From positions 1 through 61,620 of the IMG/VR virus record IMGVR_UViG_3300022921_001235: a stretch of 61,620 nucleotides of DNA. One strand, written 5' to 3'. The stretch is from a virus (taxonomy: Duplodnaviria > Caudoviricetes). Of the stretch, positions 56,801-61,620 are shown one piece after another. The notes beneath the pieces are model-generated. The model saw nothing but the letters and a program-made list of their open reading frames with translations. It did no database searches and was not told where the DNA came from. Within the stretch, counting starts at the first letter, position 1, and each line of letters starts with the position of its first letter. The position numbers were made by a program, and so were the translations under genes.

Positions 56801-57639
56801 AATGTTTTTGGGGAAACAGTGTTGAGAAAATAAAACTTACTACCTGTTTCAAACCCATGCGCTTCAGTTGTTGATACGGATAACTCACTTTGGTTAGTTG
56901 TATCAGTTTGAATACCTGACTCTGGTATAAATGCAACGTCTGCTCCAGTATAAAATTGTCCAGGTACAATAGTGGTATAAGGAGTTTTAACATTTTGAGT
57001 AGTTGCTTGGATGCCTCTACTTTTGTAAGTAAACACAAAATCATCTTCAACATCGGCAACAAGATATTTTCCTTCGGCAGTTAGACTAGTTAAACCTTGT
57101 ACATCAATCGGTGTACCTTTGCTAATTCTGTGAGGGTCAGTACAAGTCACACGTATAATATCGGAACCGGCAGTGGCTCTAACAATATTAATACCAAGCA
57201 AAGTATAATCGCCGTTTTTTCCATAGAAACTTGGCACGTTGTTTGATAGTTCAAGTGTTTCCCATTTTGAACTTTGCAAACCGTATTCAAAGTCAGTATC
57301 AATTAGGTTTTCTGGATTACTGACTCTAAACTTGTGAACTGGATCAACAAATGCTTCTTCAGGTCTAAAACTAGTGTTATCCATTTCTACAAAAATCTGT
57401 AGACTATCTGTTGCTGACATTGAAGTTGTATCATAATCTAACACAACTGTAGTTGTTTCGTTTGTATGATCAATGGCATGACTTGCAAGTCCGTTTACAT
57501 TATCGTTGAATGTAAAAATTGTTTCATTAGTCGTCAAGTTTGAAATGAGCAGAAAGCGTTCTAAATTGTGCATTTCTTTTATGACAATTGTTCTTGTACC
57601 CGGTGTAAATGTATAATTATGTATTAGCTTCTTTGCCAT
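50836..57639 (-). CDS. 2267-aa multidomain virion structural protein
   Basis: Repeated HGF/H.F..G beta modules, a cupredoxin-like segment, a helical KCQRD block; structural cluster. Confidence 0.8.
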   Translation of the reverse strand: MAKKLIHNYTFTPGTRTIVIKEMHNLERFLLISNLTTNETIFTFNDNVNGLASHAIDHTNETTTVVLDYDTTSMSATDSLQIFVEMDNTSFRPEEAFVDPVHKFRVSNPENLIDTDFEYGLQSSKWETLELSNNVPSFYGKNGDYTLLGINIVRATAGSDIIRVTCTDPHRISKGTPIDVQGLTSLTAEGKYLVADVEDDFVFTYKSRGIQATTQNVKTPYTTIVPGQFYTGADVAFIPESGIQTDTTNQSELSVSTTEAHGFETGSKFYFLNTVSPKTLVLDSISTNTAADGFPIVDIVDTETANITIDNSLTDTRAVKGAYELRFDANAVDTGSSTITWNNHGFRENDVILYLKPAGTDTPIGGLNSLDFYWITEQTENTFKLKSTPTGPAIGFSSAGTYDHGQGVMMLAYEIYSMRSQYYTYNTYWTTRGQAFGGSTNNSGWDLAQSSYGKIGSRPDFTIPVHARKSSTSTSWRNYPYYGFNQYGVYWGQSYDNDMRLADNHSTYPHSFNFVEDFNRFSSVPNFDSPASSSYLQWQSTGSMTWSNNGSYYYSGTWTFGRGDFFFVPVNDNSEKDSFYEENHGFVDGQSVNFSYTGNPLYYYTHGVGNYSTNYTPSTLNAGTYIVEVVDKNRFRLKNGSTSIRIASATGTYTVTGIRQRPTRDSFYIESHGLAENNVVTAGLEFGARFPTASSGNINFTSSNTDLEIFRSVCDSGVDAFLNSLSSRSNMIMDGTSRNSPFRYGTGSSSNSTMSQGFNMYLYQYDNTWSSWTIQGGDWNTGAYDTGEVEDVAQGRPVSGQGHAMIMTPFVQDSEIPFWSVANKQPLNRYGYSNFEARFSITNSYTIDQRFGNQTNPTVWTTVGVNGTATGTVTDWRFARVAQYANATGRDCILQYQISIKKDDWDSYNFYSMAYSRDNSPAYAYFNSNGYNHLDYTVFMRIPDAITIDATMLQNLDAYVMDTLVDGFKYPTLEVGGNYKTQVIDENRFRLKSTGGVPVNLTGAGIAGQAGDTAFTVNNNATTAYTIDGDPNPTLYVKPGFTYTFTIAAAGHPFWIQSTDPATAGYDASNTLGTDEGITNNGTENGTLIWTVPEDFSEDTYYYVCQNHAGQMLGNVVVTSNPAAFTFLDISNQIGTLDGVYTVSDVPTETSMNFQTNFKAGAKTITVSQASQTDNDHIYVALGHNFADGTPITYSSNNNAVWDGFFEGQTYYVTVIDDKYLQLSDSEDNRRDGVYMAMDWTTIPSSEHIITSTTVNGMVPITPSISVTTGSKLVDGGEDSIFLTYYKAGDDFILKDPSTTPGKLTTYTIASVVDDSTINLTAPVGFTSASAVHLVPTKIYTRPDGASTHRPFDGGVEIIAGSAPGSQIVRQTRKYFRYQSGKGIQISLAINFNPPLLVEKISVVADEKCQRDIGYIAQGAALETALGGTYQAYFHGLAELRSLYLNPVVNKRITKVKNDILALPQVDDSTTAEARVETYFTEILDIIDNSALAANVPVYTDPSSGRTSGQLAARDQLVANQAFIQAELKAFIDVTYPNTTWDTTTLLDDMEMLTYAIAYDMSYGGNFASYQMATLIMYVTNTKVYGKNTSESLAVLNRFKAIIGDIVQENAVTVTAGCTETQDTSGTPAGASEGTEVVNLLQIVIDGVTYGTSAVEFTGTHTKTKPSITWANGELQDAAGDIESNMSTLIVSYATRIQTKYPNYIKAGQIVNISDCNSSYFNGDFTVTTYIDDFTFQYSLPGTPPTFNPSGVVQFRPTKWENSSVRCGLYDFQNGFFYEYDGNTIYAVRRNSTLQLSGTANATFQSNIITGKNTEFEGQLDVGDMIVLRGQSYKVTGINAKDTITIQPRYKGSNTDGIIITKTVDLKIPQEEWNMDVADGTGPSNFNLDITKIQMAYMDYSWYGAGKIRFGFKDTYGHVIYCHEMLHNNRETEAYMRSGNIPARYEVENTGITTYQPRLFHWGTSVIMDGTFDDDKAYLFTASSNTLSFTNGQSLSATTNSASGLVGRYSYTYRTREWFVELFFNSNDASKFSIGTPLYTTDGSLNGETVNSTYFSGSSLVVRIFIARQWNTPSIYPSVNTSTVVSIGAPASGGSDEQTLLGDIPLISIRLAPSVDNGITGNMGERDIINRMQLQLKQIGLVLTHDCNVRLILNSSLSNINFQKVQSPSLSNLVVHDKSDTITGGTPIFEFRASGGTETNGARLSNATDFDLTDITDLGNSILGGDGVFPNGPDLLTISVRVIDTSDINAGSPFEASGRITWSESQA

Positions 57640-57650
57640 TTGTTTTCCTT

Positions 57651-58016
57651 TTAACCCCCTAGTGCAATCGCTAGTGCAGTAGCGTTTGTTTGTGCTTTAT
57701 CAAATACTTCAAAACTAGCACTATTAACCGTGATAAACACTTGTTTGTTGCCAGCGCTAAAGTTTACTAGACTTCCTGCATTAGAACTAGCATAGACTGT
57801 TGTTCTTTGTACAGCATTATTGTCTGCATCATAAGTACCAACACCAGATTCCCATTCGTTGGTTCCTGGATTTGTTACAGCATAATCAAACGTGTCTTCA
57901 TTGTTACACGCTGTAGAAAATGTTATAAATCCAGTACCTGTACCTACTAGTGCTAGAGATCCTGTGCCTTGTGTTAAGCTAACTTCTTTTACTCGATCTG
58001 ATCTTACTTTAGCCAT
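57651..58016 (-). CDS. virion structural protein (tail-associated)
   Basis: DRVKE....GTG...L.G...GF..F, EWE.G.GT, SSN.G..VNFSAG.K.VFIT. Confidence 0.7.
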   Translation of the reverse strand: MAKVRSDRVKEVSLTQGTGSLALVGTGTGFITFSTACNNEDTFDYAVTNPGTNEWESGVGTYDADNNAVQRTTVYASSNAGSLVNFSAGNKQVFITVNSASFEVFDKAQTNATALAIALGG

Positions 58017-58027
58017 TTTTCAACTCC

Positions 58028-58432
58028 TTATGGGTTGTTCAATGTGATTGTAAGTGTAATACGAATTTCGTCGCCGTTGTTGGCAATATTGATTGGAGCG
58101 TTGCTGAATCTGTTTGCAAACATCAAGTTGCCACTTGTTGCACCTACAACAAAATAACCGTAAATGTTGCCTGCTGCACCTGTGAACGAGAACGTCACTT
58201 GTGGATATGCTGCACTACCTGGATCACCTGCTGTGAAGGTAAAACTTGCTGGTGTGAGTGTTACTGCACTATAACCGTTGCCTGATACTTCTGTGTAATC
58301 TCCAGCAATATCTGCGTTGGTCGGTGTAACATCATTTGAATATAGTTTTAAGACGAGCGATTCTGGAGCCGTGTTGTTCAAGAAGTTCTTGAGGGCTGTC
58401 AGTTCCGCTTCGTTTGTAAATACGACTGCCAT
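58028..58432 (-). CDS. virion structural protein
   Basis: LKLY.ND.TP...EVSGNGYS, YGYFVV, GD.I.IT. Confidence 0.7.
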   Translation of the reverse strand: MAVVFTNEAELTALKNFLNNTAPESLVLKLYSNDVTPTNADIAGDYTEVSGNGYSAVTLTPASFTFTAGDPGSAAYPQVTFSFTGAAGNIYGYFVVGATSGNLMFANRFSNAPINIANNGDEIRITLTITLNNP

Positions 58433-58476
58433 ATTTGATTTCCTTTTCTAAGTCTAACTAAGTTTATTTATCAATA

Positions 58477-59250
58477 TCAATCAAACGTGTAAAAGATTTC
58501 AACTGATGCATCTTTACCTGAAGAATTGCCTACTGCGGATAAGTTAATAGTCAAATAATCGTCCGTGGTCATTGTAAAACTCGTGTTTTTTGTTTGTTTG
58601 CCGGTGCTTGCAGTAAGAGTTATTGTTTCTGCTGTAGATCCTGTTTTAAGTATTGATGCAGTTATATCTATGTTTGCGGTTGTTCCCAAACGTAATACAA
58701 CTTTATCAATGGTGATATCTCCCGGAGCATACCATCTTACTGCACCGGCAGTGCTTTCAATAAATCCTTCTTGAAATAATTGAACTGTTTTAGGTGGAGT
58801 TGCAATAGTTAATTTCTGATAAGGAAAATTATTAACATCAGTGGTGATTGTAATGCCATTGCCTGCTGCTATCTCAATGTGATCCAAGCCTTCAGCAACC
58901 AAGGTATCTTCGCCATCTACTTCCCAAAACTTGAACGTGCTGTTCATTCCAACTTTGACTGTACCATTGCCCAAGTCTGTGATGTCAAACCCACTGTCTT
59001 GATCAAAGGCCAAGTTGGTCACTGATAAAACTGATGTGCCAGCAACTATGCTGTTGGTTGCATCTATTTCTGAAACTGTGAGAGGAGCAGCACCTGCTGT
59101 GAATTCAACAATGCCTTCGGTGCCGTTGTCTTTTTTGAGAAAGATCTTGCCATCAAATGTATTGATAGCAAGTTCACCTAGTTCTAAGGATGCGGTATTT
59201 GGAACAACACCAGAAGTGTTGTTCCTTTTATGAAGTAGTTCCACACTCAT
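58477..59250 (-). CDS. tail fibre-related protein
   Basis: KR....G.VP...L..GELAINT.DGKIF.K fibre N-terminal module. Confidence 0.7.
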   Translation of the reverse strand: MSVELLHKRNNTSGVVPNTASLELGELAINTFDGKIFLKKDNGTEGIVEFTAGAAPLTVSEIDATNSIVAGTSVLSVTNLAFDQDSGFDITDLGNGTVKVGMNSTFKFWEVDGEDTLVAEGLDHIEIAAGNGITITTDVNNFPYQKLTIATPPKTVQLFQEGFIESTAGAVRWYAPGDITIDKVVLRLGTTANIDITASILKTGSTAETITLTASTGKQTKNTSFTMTTDDYLTINLSAVGNSSGKDASVEIFYTFD

Positions 59251-59253
59251 TTA

Positions 59254-61239
59254 TTAGCTGTATGCCCCTGCATCCAATCTTTTAACTGTTGCAAAGCCAT
59301 TTGTGACTGTAAACTGTGCGCTGTCAAAACTTGCAAGACCTAGGTCTGATTGTGAAATACCTGTGGCATTTGCTCTTGTGTTAGCCGAGTTTAGATTCAA
59401 CTTACTTTGTGCGATAGAAGCCGATGCTCCTATTTTAGCATTTGTGATGCCGCCATCTTTGAGTTGTAGTTCGTCACTGCCGTTGACTTCAACAGTTGTA
59501 TCATCTACGTTTACATTCAGTGTGCTGCCGTTTTTACTAATCGCTGCGCCAGCATTGATAGAACCTGCGCCACTGAACTGATCAAATGTGATTTCTGTGG
59601 TTCCAAAAGTAGGTACACCATTGTGTGTTGCAACCCACCCTGTGTCCACATAGTTGGTACCACGTTCAACAAAGAAGAATGTGCCGCCTGTGAGTTCATC
59701 TGCTTCATCAGCATCAGGTGTTCTAGTAAGAACAAATGCGCTAACTCCGTCAACACCTACTACAGTGACTTGATAGATACCGTTTTCGGTTGCATCTGTT
59801 TGGTCTTTGACAAGAACTCTATCACCTGTTGCCAGTGATGAGTAACCATCTAATGAAAGTGCACCGTTTGCGGCGCCTGTGAGTGTTCCTGCTGCATTGT
59901 CGTATGTGGCTGTCAAGTTGGCTGTTGTTGCAACAACCACTGACTCTTTGACATCAAGACCGCTGGCAACATTGTCAACATATGTTTTGTTTACCAGTGA
60001 GTCACCTGTGAATCCTGTTCTGCTTTCGTATCCTGATGGAACAGTAACAGTGCCTTCGCCGTTTGGTGCTAGTGCCAAGTCACCGTCTGTATCAGTTGTT
60101 GAAACTGCATTACCGTCTACGGTGATGTTGTCTACAGCAACACTGGTTAACCCTGTAACATCAGTGATTGTGCCGCCCAGTGATGTATCAGTGTCACCGA
60201 TTGTGATACCGTCATTTGCTAATTTGGCATTGGTAATACTGGCATCTGTAATCTTATCGTTGTTAATCACTCCGTCTGCAATTTTTGCTGCTGTGATTGC
60301 ACTATCTGCTATTTTAGCACTTGTGACAGCACTGTTTGCTATTTTGGTAGTTGTGACATTGAGTGATGCGATTTTAGCAGTTGTGACATTACCATCTGCA
60401 ATCTTTGTTGTAGTAACAGCATCAGTTGCCAACTCTGTTTCTGTGACATTGGCTGCGGCAATCTTTGCTGTGGTGACAGCATCGTCTGCAATCTTTGCAG
60501 TTGTGACATTGCCATCTGTGATTTTAGCAGTTGTTACAGCATTGCTGGCTAGTTTGGCATCAGTGATATTAGCATCAAGCACTTTGTCCGTTGTGACAGC
60601 ATCGTCTGCTAGTTTTGCAGTTGTGACATTACTATCTGCAATGTTTGCAGTTTCCACAGCACCAGCAGCAATCTTTGCTGCGGTGACAGCATCGTCAGCA
60701 ATCAGTGCTGTGACAATACCGCCTGCGGTGACACTAACTGTGCTGGTTCCTGCTGTATCGTCATATGCAATAGTAATAGCAGTACCGTTGGTGATGCTTC
60801 CGCCTGTGATGTCTTCAATGTATTCTTGCAGTGAAGTGTTTGCGTCTCCAATGAAAGCATTGCTAATAACAGTCTTACCTGTTCCAGCTGGCGACAGTGT
60901 GATATTACCGTTTGTATCTGTTGAACTGATAGTGTTGCCGTCCAACTTGATGTTGTCAACATTCCATTCGTCAATCTTTTTGTTGGCATCCAGTAGTGCT
61001 GCGGCGCCGGCTGTTACAACGCCTATGGTGTGATCCATTAGACCTGTGTAATAAGATCCGCCGATCTTGATTGGACTGTTGGTGTTAGTAGTTGGGTCAC
61101 CAATCATTAAGCGGCCGCCGTTGCCCCCGGCTGCGCCATCTGTTGAACTTGTGTCGTATAGATAAACTAACTCACCTTGGTCAAGTGTTGACGGTAAGTT
61201 GGCTGTATTGGTACGTTTGATCTGTAATACTGTTGCCAT
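59254..61239 (-). CDS. tail fibre protein with about 16 decapeptide repeats
   Basis: LQIKR...L.QGEL; (V/I)TxAKIADxx tandem repeats; NKTYVD...GLDVK.SV; GDRVLVKDQ....ENGIY. Confidence 0.85.
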   Translation of the reverse strand: MATVLQIKRTNTANLPSTLDQGELVYLYDTSSTDGAAGGNGGRLMIGDPTTNTNSPIKIGGSYYTGLMDHTIGVVTAGAAALLDANKKIDEWNVDNIKLDGNTISSTDTNGNITLSPAGTGKTVISNAFIGDANTSLQEYIEDITGGSITNGTAITIAYDDTAGTSTVSVTAGGIVTALIADDAVTAAKIAAGAVETANIADSNVTTAKLADDAVTTDKVLDANITDAKLASNAVTTAKITDGNVTTAKIADDAVTTAKIAAANVTETELATDAVTTTKIADGNVTTAKIASLNVTTTKIANSAVTSAKIADSAITAAKIADGVINNDKITDASITNAKLANDGITIGDTDTSLGGTITDVTGLTSVAVDNITVDGNAVSTTDTDGDLALAPNGEGTVTVPSGYESRTGFTGDSLVNKTYVDNVASGLDVKESVVVATTANLTATYDNAAGTLTGAANGALSLDGYSSLATGDRVLVKDQTDATENGIYQVTVVGVDGVSAFVLTRTPDADEADELTGGTFFFVERGTNYVDTGWVATHNGVPTFGTTEITFDQFSGAGSINAGAAISKNGSTLNVNVDDTTVEVNGSDELQLKDGGITNAKIGASASIAQSKLNLNSANTRANATGISQSDLGLASFDSAQFTVTNGFATVKRLDAGAYS

Positions 61240-61273
61240 GATTATTCCTCTGTGCTGATGCTATTTGTATTTA

Positions 61274-61620
61274 TTAAAAGGCGCCACCATTTAGACGTAG
61301 CGTACCGAAAGTTGTTTCAATATTGTTGCTTGCTTGCCATTTGTTTTCATTGCCATTGTATTGCAACAGGCTTCCACTTTCTGGATTTTCTGCTTCTACA
61401 TTGGATAAATCCTGCAACGGCAAGTCATTGATCACATTGGTTACGTTGGTTATGTTGGTTTCTAATGTTTCGACTCTATGTCTTACACCGTTTTTGGTAA
61501 CCCATTTGTTTTTGTTGTTGTCATACTCCAGCACATCGCCTTCGTTGGGATTGTATTCTTCTGTGTCAATGTCGTCAAGGTCGGCTAGGAATGTGCTTTC
61601 GCCTCCTACTTCTATACCTT
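61274..61620 (-). CDS. tail fibre protein, 3' part (starts outside window)
   Basis: Frame open to the window edge; two L.DL.(D/N)(I/V)...G..L.Y.....KW repeats. Confidence 0.7.
   Translation of the reverse strand, partial: GIEVGGESTFLADLDDIDTEEYNPNEGDVLEYDNNKNKWVTKNGVRHRVETLETNITNVTNVINDLPLQDLSNVEAENPESGSLLQYNGNENKWQASNNIETTFGTLRLNGGAF

Noticed and set aside
60230-60720. 30-bp periodic repeats as a CRISPR array
   Set aside because: Degenerate in-frame coding repeats without unique spacers; no cas operon, and the 36748-37431 nuclease lacks the Cas4 Cys cluster
59879-61033. 384-aa plus-strand hydrophobic ORF
   Set aside because: Antisense shadow of the decapeptide-repeat tail fibre; the same applies to the other plus-strand ORFs opposite long minus-strand genes
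1-61620. Stop-codon reassignment
   Set aside because: Known genes are full length in the standard code, and TAA, TAG and TGA all end genes at expected positions
1-61620. Bacterial chromosome or integrated prophage
   Set aside because: Host-like genes are isolated among phage-type hypothetical and virion genes; no integrase, att site or housekeeping operon is visible

Overview
A 61.6-kb, AT-rich, gene-dense segment of a large (T4-like/jumbo-type) tailed phage genome, coded mostly on the minus strand in the standard genetic code. The host is probably an aquatic alphaproteobacterium, inferred from a permuted tmRNA with a GGCGGUA T-loop, a ROSE-like thermometer, a DUF1127 gene, an alpha-type porin and a hemO-pcyX-like pair. 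From left to right it holds: a Dam-family MTase with an EcoRI/MunI-like endonuclease; IF-1; an envelope module (CHASE2 adenylate cyclase, autotransporter-like protein, small beta-barrel, two curlin-like proteins, FecR-domain protein, CsgG, CsgF); heme oxygenase plus bilin reductase; ClpS, Hsp20, GMP reductase, ribosomal protein S21; cell-wall hydrolase, thermonuclease, porin; a two-piece tmRNA; a PAAR protein; glutaredoxin and class Ia NrdAB; an exonuclease; putative head proteins; a sulfotransferase, a lipase and a DUF1127 cluster; and about 16 kb of virion/tail-fibre genes. Three observations stand out. (1) The intervening segment of the permuted tmRNA is filled exactly by a 36-aa ORF with its own SD and an HxH...CxxC motif. 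(2) A 2267-aa virion protein contains a phycobiliprotein-like KCxRDIGY domain, and the same window encodes bilin synthesis. (3) A curli-FecR-CHASE2 cyclase module may form a trans-envelope signalling system. All calls come from reading motifs by eye; no database searches were run.
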